64,000 nucleotides of DNA from Candidatus Zhuqueibacterota bacterium (GTDB lineage: Bacteria; Zhuqueibacterota; Zhuqueibacteria; Thermofontimicrobiales; Thermofontimicrobiaceae). The stretch spans positions 105,858 through 169,857 of the forward strand of contig JBMOPW010000001.1 of the NCBI GenBank assembly GCA_049322915.1, read 5' to 3'. This document shows positions 9,105 through 17,989 of this stretch, in pieces (position 1 is the stretch's first letter; each line of letters opens with the position of its first letter). The position numbers and the translations under genes were made by a program. Under the pieces are notes generated by a model. That model was not told the origin of the DNA and made no database searches. It saw nothing but the letters and a program-made list of their open reading frames with translations.

Positions 9105-10544
9105 TTATTTAAATTTACTCATCCATCGGCCCCGTTCATCTTCCGGGCTGAATACAACCTTTACTTTTTTCTTCGTTTCCGGCGCCGGGGGTGGCACATT
9201 CCCAAGCAGCTTTTCTTCTTCGACGACCTTAATCGTGTTTTCAATATCAAAATTTTTATCCAGCAACTGGTCAAATCCGGCCGTAATCACTGTGTGCTGG
9301 TGCGATTCGAGGATGTTATTCAGCAGATCATTCAGCGGCTGGAAATTGAAATCCTGGGGCTTGCCCTGTTCCATGTAATTTCGAATGTGCTGCTCGGCAG
9401 ACGTCAATGCATTGAATACAGATTCGTCCGGGGTCTGATTGTATGAAAGTCGTTCTTTTGCAAGTTTATCCAGCAGCGTTAAACTCGGCTGGACATCTTT
9501 CACGTGAAAGCAATTGGCGGCATCGCGGAGTCCGCTGCACGACTCTTTAATGCGCATGATCGCTTCGCCCGGGGATTGCTCGTCTTTAACTTTTTGCAAC
9601 GATTGCTTCAGAAAGTCGAGATTTTCGATGGTCTCTTCCCTGAAGATGTCATTAAAAACCTGTTCTATCTCCTTTGCCTGACTTTCCCGTTGGCTTTTTT
9701 TTTGAGCCAATTGCGACAGATCAACATCGATGAGATGATTTGCCGGGCTGTCTGTTTGAACGGCGACCGGCGCTGTTTCCATCGCTTCCTCTGGCGATTC
9801 CGCGACCGCCGGCTCAGGAGTTTCGGAAAGAACTGGTTCCTGGTTCTGCATCGGCTCGGGAGCCTGACTCACCAGCTTTTTGTGATTCTCAATTTCCTCC
9901 ACCAATTTCATGAGCGAATCCAGTTCTTTAATTTCGAACTGCGGAGGCTGTTTGATTTCCTGCGGCGGGATGGTGGCTGGAATGATGTCGTCATCTGAAG
10001 TATCATCAGCTAAAAATTCCAGTTCGGCGAATTCGGCTGGCAAGGGTGGCGTCTTTTCGCTGGCCGGAGGTTTCGGCTCGTCGGCTGATTGAATGGGCGT
10101 CTTGTCGGGCATGATCTCCACAGCCTGTGACGGATGCATAGTTTGCGTGATCTCGCGAATGAGTTTTTCTTCTTCAACGTCGTTATCGATTCGCACCATC
10201 TGTCGGATGGCTTTCAAAGCGATGTGAACCCGAAGTCCAATATCTTCGGGCATCGAATTCTGCTCATGAGTGAAATTTGCCATGGCCGAAGCCAGATTAA
10301 ATGCCAGTGATTCAATACCGGGATAGCCGTACACCATAGCCAGATCTTCCATGTTCTCGGCGCATTCCAGAATAGCGCCCACCATAGCGCCATCCAGTTC
10401 CTGAACATTTTGTTCCGGTATCAACTGCTCGATACTTTTTAAATTGCTCTCAATTTCCTCAAGGCAGTAGGCGTTGAATTCTCTCCGTTGAGTTTCGGTT
10501 TTCCCATCACGATCGTTCATATTCATCATCCGACTCATTTTCAT
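9105..10544 (-). CDS. Uncharacterised protein with two Hpt/CheA-P1-like helical domains (His absent) and an acidic Pro-rich linker
   Basis: N-domain YCLEEIESNL...CAENMEDLAMVYGYPGIESLA; C-domain IFREETIENL...IKESCSGLRDAANCFH; both fit the F.EE..E.L...H.LKG.A...G spacing without His. Confidence 0.7.
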   Translation of the reverse strand: MKMSRMMNMNDRDGKTETQRREFNAYCLEEIESNLKSIEQLIPEQNVQELDGAMVGAILECAENMEDLAMVYGYPGIESLAFNLASAMANFTHEQNSMPEDIGLRVHIALKAIRQMVRIDNDVEEEKLIREITQTMHPSQAVEIMPDKTPIQSADEPKPPASEKTPPLPAEFAELEFLADDTSDDDIIPATIPPQEIKQPPQFEIKELDSLMKLVEEIENHKKLVSQAPEPMQNQEPVLSETPEPAVAESPEEAMETAPVAVQTDSPANHLIDVDLSQLAQKKSQRESQAKEIEQVFNDIFREETIENLDFLKQSLQKVKDEQSPGEAIMRIKESCSGLRDAANCFHVKDVQPSLTLLDKLAKERLSYNQTPDESVFNALTSAEQHIRNYMEQGKPQDFNFQPLNDLLNNILESHQHTVITAGFDQLLDKNFDIENTIKVVEEEKLLGNVPPPAPETKKKVKVVFSPEDERGRWMSKFK

Positions 10545-10641
10545 TTTATTCTAATTCACTCCATGTTACATCACCATAGGTGGAACACAGCTCCAGCCAT
10601 AAATATTTCTCGACGAAAACCATTTTCGATGAGCCATGATT

Positions 10642-10992
10642 TCATGCAAATTTGCTACGAAACATAAAATAGACCGCTCCTACCAGACAGAGTCCGGCCC
10701 ACAGGTAATCCAGCTTGAGCGGTTCTTTCAGATAGAAAACTGAGAAAGGCACAAATACAGATAGTGTGATCACTTCCTGGATTATTTTTAACTGGCCAAC
10801 TGTAAGCATTCCATAACCAATCCGATTGGCCGGCACCTGAAGCAAATACTCCAGCAGCGCAATCCCCCAACTGACAATCGCCGCGATGATCCACGGTTTA
10901 TTGTTCAATTCTTTGAGATGAGCGTACCAGGCAAATGTCATGAAAAAATTACTACAAATCAAGAGCGATACAGAGATCAAAATAGGATTCAT
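10642..10992 (-). CDS. DMT superfamily small membrane protein (DUF486-like)
   Basis: SNFFMTFAWYAHLK, SWGIALLEYLLQVPANRIG, QLKIIQEVITL; 4 TM. Confidence 0.88.
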   Translation of the reverse strand: MNPILISVSLLICSNFFMTFAWYAHLKELNNKPWIIAAIVSWGIALLEYLLQVPANRIGYGMLTVGQLKIIQEVITLSVFVPFSVFYLKEPLKLDYLWAGLCLVGAVYFMFRSKFA

Positions 10993-11041
10993 ATTCGATT
11001 TCAGGCGCCAATAGTTTTATCGTCAGTTTTGTGTGATAACC

Positions 11042-12787
11042 TTAATTTAAATCCATTCTTAATTTCGTCTTCAGGTCCTCCTGTTCAATATGCAATTCGT
11101 CCTTCATACCTTCTGCAGCATTCGGTTGAAACAGATTCTTCAGACTAAGCTTATTTTTTTTTAGCGAACCATTACGCTGATGGTCAATCAGAAGGGTCAA
11201 TTTTTCAATGATGTACTGAGCGTCGGACAGCGCATTGTTGTCATTGACCAGCATGCCCGCCAGGATCGATGGAATATTATGAAAGTGAGGCATAAAATCT
11301 TCAGTAACGATCACTTTCTTCAGCAAAATTTCTTCGAATAGTCCACCGATGAACATTGCGAACTCTTCGATTTTATCATGCGAATAGAGCTGCGCTGAAT
11401 TTTGAAGAGCAATACAGGCATTCTTGATGTTGCGGAATAGCTTGGGATCCTGATTCATCAGATTAATATGATTCAGTGATTCCTTCAGGATATTCAAGTC
11501 GCCGGCTATCTCTTCCGAAAACATCTGGTCGAACACCCGATGAGCCGATTGCTTTGGCTTTTCCTGCTCTCTGGGTTCCTCATCACGAATCACCTTCCTG
11601 TCATTGCCGGATTTTTCCTCTTTTTGAAGTATCATTTCCGGGGCCGGTTTGACAATCTTATCTTCCTTCACCGGGGTGACGAATGTTTTGCTTTCCTTGA
11701 TATCGAAAAAAGGGTTGGCATCCACCTTTTTTTTCTCCATCGGCGCTGGTTGCGGTTTTGCTGTTCGTAATTCCCCAGCCGGACCTTTGGCTTTTGTGCC
11801 GGTCGCAATGAGCAGGACGCGAATTTTATCCTCCATGCCCGGATCAATGCGCGCGCCCCAGATAATGCGGGCGTTGGGATCCAGCTTCTCTGCAATGGAT
11901 ATCATCACGCTGCGGGCCTCGCGGATTGACATGGATTCGTTGCCTGTGATATTGATTAACGCACTTTGCGCGCCGGTTATATCCACATCGAGCAGGGGAT
12001 TATCGATCGCTTTAGCGACGGCGTCCTGAGCTTTGTTTTCTGTATTGCTTTCGCCAATCCCAATCATCGCTGTATCGCCATCCTTCATGATCGATTTGAC
12101 GTCCGCGAAATCGAGGTTCACCAGACCTTTCTCAGTGACCAGTTCGGTAATGCCTTTCACGGCATTGGTTAAAATTTCATCGGCGACTTTGAACGCGGCA
12201 TTCAGCGGCAGGTCCGGAACCATATCCAGCAACCGGTCATTCTGGACGACAATGACGGTGTCAGAATGTTCCCGCAGTTTGGCTAAACCGGCCTTTGCAT
12301 TTTCGCGGCGCATCACACCCTCTTCGGTGAAGGGCAGCGTGATGACAGAAATTGTGAGCGCATTCAAACTGCGCGCAATTTCCGCGACGACGGGCGCAGA
12401 ACCGGTACCTGTCCCTCCGCCGAGACCGCACGTGATGAATACCATGTCGCAACCTTCCAGCAGTTCGCGAATCTCCGCCTCGTTCTCCCGTGCTGCGCTT
12501 TCACCAATTTGAGGATTACTGCCCGCGCCCAATCCGTTCGAAAGGTTTTTTCCGATGAGGATTTTATGTTCAGCCTTTGTGAACAGCAGATCCTGGGCGT
12601 CTGTATTGACCGCTACAGTTTCTACCCCTTTAATACCGACTTCGGTCAACCGAGTAATCGTATTATTTCCCGCGCCGCCCGCACCAATCACCTTGATTTT
12701 CGTGCGATGCGTTTTGAGTAAACTTTCCAGTTCTTCATCTTTTGTTTTCAAAGTGAACTCCTTTGTGGATATTTTCTCCCTCGACAT
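11042..12787 (-). CDS. ftsZ: FtsZ-family GTPase (archaeal FtsZ1-like core) fused to a C-terminal Hpt-like domain
   Basis: GAGGAGNN, NTDAQ, GLGAG.NP, GGGTGTG tubulin signature, NLDFADV T7 loop; ~250-aa C-terminal extension. Confidence 0.93.
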   Translation of the reverse strand: MSREKISTKEFTLKTKDEELESLLKTHRTKIKVIGAGGAGNNTITRLTEVGIKGVETVAVNTDAQDLLFTKAEHKILIGKNLSNGLGAGSNPQIGESAARENEAEIRELLEGCDMVFITCGLGGGTGTGSAPVVAEIARSLNALTISVITLPFTEEGVMRRENAKAGLAKLREHSDTVIVVQNDRLLDMVPDLPLNAAFKVADEILTNAVKGITELVTEKGLVNLDFADVKSIMKDGDTAMIGIGESNTENKAQDAVAKAIDNPLLDVDITGAQSALINITGNESMSIREARSVMISIAEKLDPNARIIWGARIDPGMEDKIRVLLIATGTKAKGPAGELRTAKPQPAPMEKKKVDANPFFDIKESKTFVTPVKEDKIVKPAPEMILQKEEKSGNDRKVIRDEEPREQEKPKQSAHRVFDQMFSEEIAGDLNILKESLNHINLMNQDPKLFRNIKNACIALQNSAQLYSHDKIEEFAMFIGGLFEEILLKKVIVTEDFMPHFHNIPSILAGMLVNDNNALSDAQYIIEKLTLLIDHQRNGSLKKNKLSLKNLFQPNAAEGMKDELHIEQEDLKTKLRMDLN

Positions 12788-12892
12788 TGTTATTTTCCTT
12801 CAATTAGCAGTAAAACTGCACTTTATATTACCCGCACCATATCAGGTTTGGAGAAACTAATTTAGTGAAATGGCTGAGGAAATCAGCATCGA

Positions 12893-14677
12893 TCAGATTT
12901 TTGATGACCTCACTCCCGGCGAACCAAACGTCGTATTGAAATATTCTTTCAGTGTTGTCAGTATGGAAATGAAGTGGACCTTGTGTTCCGCATTATTGCG
13001 GTCAAAAATCTTAAGCAGCGTCATTCCGCTTTCCATGCTCTCCAGGATATTTCCCGGCAATTTGATGTTTCGCTTGTTGGTCTGAAAACAAATGGATTCC
13101 ATCAACTCCGGCAAGAACGCCATTTTCTCAAGTCCAAATTTCTGAGCCAATTGATTCAGAGACGCGCTGGCCAATTCAATATCCTCCAGTGATGCTTGAT
13201 ATTTTTTACCCTGGGTCAATTGAGCCAGGGCATTCAGAATGATCTTGTGGTACAAACTGGCTTCCTTATGGAAGCGATCCAGTGGATTCCTGACTGACTC
13301 ATCGATTGGTTTCTCGTCAGATTTTTCAGCATCGGACTGGCCTGCCTCAATTGTGTCTCCTGCTCCGGTGTGAATCACCTCGGCTGAGGCGATTTCGTCA
13401 TGACTCGTTTTCTGAATGAACGGTTTTGCCGGGGGAATGATTTCCTGTAATAGAATCAATAATTCTTCATCTTCCTCCCCGGGTAACTTAAATTCCAATA
13501 GGTCCTTATCAATAATATCGTCATCTTCTGGAACAATTGGAGTCACAGGCGTAACTTTATTGACTTTTTCTTTATTATCGATCTCCGCGGGAACCGGCGC
13601 CACCGACTCCGATGGTGACAATTTCTCTGCATCCGGAATCGCCTGTTCCTTTTTGGAAATCAGTTCCTGAGTTTCTTTTTCAAGAGGGGCAATCAACACA
13701 TTCGAACCAGCGTGTGACAGATAACTATCGAATTTTTGTAGCTGGTCCTCGATATGCTCGACGTGCTGATGATGGAAGACCATTTTTTCAATAGTGGTTT
13801 TCGCATCGAAAATTAATCGAATGGCCTCCTGGTCTGGGGTTTGGTTCGCTTCGAGATTTTTTTTCACAATCTTCACCGCGCGATCCGCAATTGCTTCGAT
13901 CTCGTCATGTCCGTGATACATGGAGACTTCTTTGATATTATGGAAGCTTTCGAAACACATTTTTAAATCGGACCGATGCGTGAGAAACCAGGATGGCTGC
14001 GATGTCATCCTGGACAGTGGTTTGAGCAGCTCGAAAATCTCTTCTTCGAAAAATCCCTGAAGAATATTGTTGTTTAATACTGCGTTGTTTTTACGCGCTG
14101 GTGCGACTGTACTTTCTGGTTGACTTTGCGGATCGATTTTGGCCGCTGACTCTGCTTTGACCGTGGACCGATAGACTTTCAATTGAGGGGCCGCTGATGG
14201 CACACTGTCCGTGTCTTTGGTGGCTGATTTTCGGAGCATCGAGCGCAAATTAGTTTTGATATTCAGATATTTTTCCAAAGTCGCCCTATCGTTGGCTTCT
14301 GTCCCTACAATCCGCACTAATTTCGACATGAAAAACTGGGCATAATTTTTAATCGCCTCTTTCAATTGCGATTGATCCAGGCTTTTCAAGTCCAATTTTA
14401 GAAGATGGTTTTCGAGATCCGAGTACAACGTGGAGAAGCTCTGAATCTGAGTGATTTCTTTCAACTCAAGCGCCGGCTGCGGGGACTCAACCAGATAGTG
14501 AATGAAATTGGAAATGACGCGAAAAGAGGCCTCATCAATGGTTTTCAATTCCAGGGTCTTGTTTTGCAAAAAGCTTGACACACAAAAGTAGAAGTAGCTC
14601 TTGGGATGAAAAAACCGATTTATTAATTCCAGATAGAAGTGGTTCAATGTCTCAAATTTAGTCTGCATACAAACCAA
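12893..14677 (-). CDS. Uncharacterised protein with two Hpt-like domains (first keeps His)
   Basis: FFEEEIFELL...FESFHNIKEVSMYHGHDEIEAIA; second RFHKEA...ELASASLNQLAQKFGLEKM; start uncertain (TTG 14677 or ATG 14668). Confidence 0.7.
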   Translation of the reverse strand: MVCMQTKFETLNHFYLELINRFFHPKSYFYFCVSSFLQNKTLELKTIDEASFRVISNFIHYLVESPQPALELKEITQIQSFSTLYSDLENHLLKLDLKSLDQSQLKEAIKNYAQFFMSKLVRIVGTEANDRATLEKYLNIKTNLRSMLRKSATKDTDSVPSAAPQLKVYRSTVKAESAAKIDPQSQPESTVAPARKNNAVLNNNILQGFFEEEIFELLKPLSRMTSQPSWFLTHRSDLKMCFESFHNIKEVSMYHGHDEIEAIADRAVKIVKKNLEANQTPDQEAIRLIFDAKTTIEKMVFHHQHVEHIEDQLQKFDSYLSHAGSNVLIAPLEKETQELISKKEQAIPDAEKLSPSESVAPVPAEIDNKEKVNKVTPVTPIVPEDDDIIDKDLLEFKLPGEEDEELLILLQEIIPPAKPFIQKTSHDEIASAEVIHTGAGDTIEAGQSDAEKSDEKPIDESVRNPLDRFHKEASLYHKIILNALAQLTQGKKYQASLEDIELASASLNQLAQKFGLEKMAFLPELMESICFQTNKRNIKLPGNILESMESGMTLLKIFDRNNAEHKVHFISILTTLKEYFNTTFGSPGVRSSKI

Positions 14678-14786
14678 TACCGAGTAATGACGTGGAGAAA
14701 CCTGATAGTGTGTGTTTTTTCATTGGGCAAAAAGTCAAATGTTCAGCTTTGAATTTTTTTTTAGCCGGATAATTCCCTGGATAATA

Positions 14787-15239
14787 CTCAGGCAACGCAG
14801 CGAAAGGCTGGATTGCCGGTCTCGTGTACACAGGCTCAATCCTTATTTAGCGTAATTTCAGCTTTGCGCTAACGGTTACAGTGATGAGGGTTTATTTGTG
14901 GCCGATGTTTCGAATGATGATGCCCACATCGCTGCGGAGAATTCCAGGTATCCATGGCTCCATTGACCGACTTATTCAAACAGCGACGCGCGGAGTTCAC
15001 TGTCATTTCTGTTCAGTCGGTGCAATTCAGACGGGCAAAGCGGAGACCGTTATCAGAAAATGGAAGATGTGCTAAAGATGGTCAACCCTGGCGGCAATGC
15101 AGTCTTAATTTATCTGGGGAATCGCCGCCGAAGCCCTCGGAAATGCCCCGGATGACCCATTGCCCGTCTGCATCTCGGACGTTCCGTGAAAGGCCATTTG
15201 GTCGAAGCGTTGCCGGTCGCGTTTCAGATGCGATTGGCA
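14787..15239 (+). ncRNA. Candidate structured RNA in a 600-nt intergenic gap (family not recognised)
   Basis: Multiple stems with G-U pairs on the + strand, incl. 15028-15038/15160-15170 (11 bp perfect) and 15211-15239 (12 bp). Confidence 0.3.
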
Positions 15240-15276
15240 CACGTATCGTTTCAATGAGCGAACGGAGTGATCAGTG

Positions 15277-15993
15277 CTACAAGATGGCAACTTGTTGTTG
15301 AAATTTTTCATAAAGCTTCAGCACGGCCGGGACGTAGCTGCGCGTTTCTTCCCACAGCAAGGCCCAGTCGGTCTTATTGTTGCGGTTCTTCAACCACAGC
15401 GCCGCGCGTTTTTCGCCTCCATTATAAGCTGCCAGCCCGCCGTCGATTTCATAAAGGTGAATTAAATTAGACAGATAGCGGCAACCCATTCGAATGTTCA
15501 GGATCGGATTGAATAAAATCTCCTCCGGCGTTGTCCATTCAATGCCTTCCTGAATTGCCAGCAGTTCGCCGGTTTTTGGCATGATCTGCATCAGACCCAA
15601 CGCACCAACAGGCGAGACAACATCTTTTCGCCAGGTCAGTGCGCTCTCATGGGTGATGGTCGCGCAAATGAGATCGACGTTGAGATTGTCGTATTTCAGG
15701 CTCATCTTAAAAATCTCATCGGCGATTTCATATTTCTCATCCGGAGTGATCGTTCGATTGTACTGGTCAATTATTTTAATAATTCTCTGGATTTTATATT
15801 GCCGAACACTCTCGATGTTCAATGCATTTTGCACAGACGCCAGGTGATTTTCAATGAAAGCCATTTGCTTCGTTGTATCTTCTGTAGAAGTAAGCTTGTG
15901 AGAAAAACTAACGGTTGAAATGAATACCGCAAATATCAAAGTAATTAATAACATGGATTTTAATGAACTCAACCCTCTTTTGTCTCGCTTCAT
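15277..15993 (-). CDS. Membrane-anchored lytic transglycosylase (SLT/GH23)
   Basis: ITHESA (catalytic Glu), GALGLMQI, LAAYNGG, ETRSYV; N-terminal TM; GGGAGG RBS before ATG 15993 (ORF extends to 16035). Confidence 0.9.
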   Translation of the reverse strand: MKRDKRGLSSLKSMLLITLIFAVFISTVSFSHKLTSTEDTTKQMAFIENHLASVQNALNIESVRQYKIQRIIKIIDQYNRTITPDEKYEIADEIFKMSLKYDNLNVDLICATITHESALTWRKDVVSPVGALGLMQIMPKTGELLAIQEGIEWTTPEEILFNPILNIRMGCRYLSNLIHLYEIDGGLAAYNGGEKRAALWLKNRNNKTDWALLWEETRSYVPAVLKLYEKFQQQVAIL

Positions 15994-16397
15994 CCTGACA
16001 ACCTCCCACATTCGTAATAGACTTAATGTTGACATGTGCTTGTTCTGGTGGACACCCCACCTTTTTTCAGTTACAAATTACTACCAGCCGTTCGAATTGA
16101 TTTCTACGATAACAGAAAATGTTTTCACTGGAAGTCTATGTAACAAATATAGAGCCAAACTAATCGAAATGAATTTGTTGTTCACCCTCAGTCGGATTCT
16201 CTAAACGTGATTCTCCTATTTTAATCTGTTATAATAAAAAAAGTTATCGGCCAAGATGAAACTGATCAAAACGGGCGATAACTCTATACCAATGAAATGC
16301 GATGTAAATGCGTTGTTTTTCGATAGAAAGAATATAGTGATTTGAAAACGAGTTATGAGGTTTTTAGTTTTGTTAAATTAATGAAATTAATAAGATG

Positions 16398-17216
16398 CTA
16401 TTGAAAACTCTCGGCCATCACCATCTCTTTTTTGGCTAATGATGATTCACTTGTCCCGTTCTGATTCAATAATTCAGTCGCAAGTTCCATGTAGCTATTA
16501 GCGCCTTTGCATGTTTTATCAATCAACAACACTGGTTTGCCGAAATAGGGCACTTCTGCAAGCCGAACATTGCGGGGAATGATAGTTTCAAAGACAAGGC
16601 CTTTGAGCGTATATTTGATTTTATCCATGACGCGCCGGGAAAGATTGTTTCGCAGATCGACCATGGTGAGTAGAAATCCCCGATATTGTAATGAGGGATT
16701 GTAATCGTTTTTAACCATTCGGGTGAGCTTTAGTAATTTCCCCAGAGATTTCAGCGCGTAAAATTCGCACTGGATGGGAACGATGATTGAATCCGAAGCC
16801 ACCAGAGAATTAAAGGTCAGCTTGCCCAATGACGGTGGGCAATCCATTACGATGAAATCGTACCTGGTCTTTAGTTTGCTCAAGGGAGATTTTAAAAATG
16901 ACGTGCGGTCCTGGTGGATCTGTTCGAGTTTGTCTTCATCTTCAGCCCAGAAATTCGAAGGGATGAAATCGAAATTGTCCATAAGAGTGGGATGGATAAT
17001 TTCGTCGAGCTCTTTCGATCCGGTGATCAATTCATAGACGCCAGCTTTGATATCATATTTCCCATAGCCAAAACTTGTTGCAACATGTCCCTGCGGATCC
17101 AGGTCAATGAGCAACGTCTTATGGCCCAATGCAGTGAGACTGGCGCAGAGGTTTACAGCGGTCGTTGTTTTGCCAACTCCCCCTTTTTGGCTAACGATTG
17201 AAATAATCTCGCTCAT
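16398..17216 (-). CDS. parA: ParA/Soj family ATPase (no adjacent parB)
   Basis: Deviant Walker A QKGGVGKTTT, DLDPQG, DCPPSLG, PIQCEFYAL, IPRNVRLAE. Confidence 0.9.
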   Translation of the reverse strand: MSEIISIVSQKGGVGKTTTAVNLCASLTALGHKTLLIDLDPQGHVATSFGYGKYDIKAGVYELITGSKELDEIIHPTLMDNFDFIPSNFWAEDEDKLEQIHQDRTSFLKSPLSKLKTRYDFIVMDCPPSLGKLTFNSLVASDSIIVPIQCEFYALKSLGKLLKLTRMVKNDYNPSLQYRGFLLTMVDLRNNLSRRVMDKIKYTLKGLVFETIIPRNVRLAEVPYFGKPVLLIDKTCKGANSYMELATELLNQNGTSESSLAKKEMVMAESFQ

Positions 17217-17232
17217 ACATAGTCCCTGAAAC

Positions 17233-17928
17233 TTAAATAAATTTTCCAATATTCTGAGAACTGTATTTTTTCAGCAGCGTTCTCCAACCGCTATGAATGG
17301 TTTTTCGGATTGGAGTCTCTGAAAGGGTTGTATCGTAATAGCCATCGTTCCATTTGAGCACATTTGATAGTGCCTTCTCGCCTTCTAGCGTCCCGACCTG
17401 GGCATGGATTATTTCACCCGCCCTGAAGTGAATTACACCATTCTCTGTACCGTTTGAAATACTCAAATTACCATTGAATTTTTTCTGGCAATTCCGGATG
17501 ATGATGTCCGCCAGATTCAATTCGACCAGTCGACTCTTATAGTTATCGGTAGATTTCTGGACAGCTTGATGGATTATTTTTTTCAATTCGGCGATCTCGA
17601 ATGGCTTTTCAATGAAGTAAACCGAATTTGGAAATGCAAGTCTGTCTCTGAGCTCGATACTGTCCGAAGCTGTCATAATGATGACTTTCATTTGAGAATG
17701 ATACTTTTTCACATAATCCAGAAGTATCAATCCGTCGATTCCTGGCATACGAATATCTGTTATGAGCAAATCCAGGGAGAAGCGCCTGATCACTTCAAGC
17801 GCTTCCTCCCCGGAATTGACACACATTATTTCGTACTGCTCGTTCTCTTTCCTGAGACTTCGTGCTATACTCCACGTCAGATCCTCTTCATCATCCACGA
17901 TGAGTATTCGTTTCGGATCGGAAGTCAT
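17233..17928 (-). CDS. Response regulator: REC + DUF4388 (PatA-N-like) domain
   Basis: ILIVDDE, TDIRMP, MTA, EKPF; C-terminal L.DII......G.L.I....G.I.F..GEIIHA....GEKAL....W..G. Confidence 0.85.
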   Translation of the reverse strand: MTSDPKRILIVDDEEDLTWSIARSLRKENEQYEIMCVNSGEEALEVIRRFSLDLLITDIRMPGIDGLILLDYVKKYHSQMKVIIMTASDSIELRDRLAFPNSVYFIEKPFEIAELKKIIHQAVQKSTDNYKSRLVELNLADIIIRNCQKKFNGNLSISNGTENGVIHFRAGEIIHAQVGTLEGEKALSNVLKWNDGYYDTTLSETPIRKTIHSGWRTLLKKYSSQNIGKFI

Positions 17929-17989
17929 TGATGTTTCCCCTGTTAGATGCATGAACGATAATGTGTTAGTAGTACTTCAATGCCACCAG

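Noticed and set aside
9105..14677. Reading the Hpt-like proteins as a degraded cheA/chemotaxis operon
   Set aside because: No HATPase, CheW, MCP, CheB or CheR sequences are present, and the ORFs are long and intact
14761..15260. RNase P, tmRNA, SRP or c-di-GMP-I riboswitch identity for the structured gap
   Set aside because: I found no GAGGAAAGTCC or ACAGAA..CGGCTTA, no tRNA-like ends, no SRP loop, and the GGCAA...GAAA hairpin lacks the second GEMM stem; kept only as an unassigned candidate
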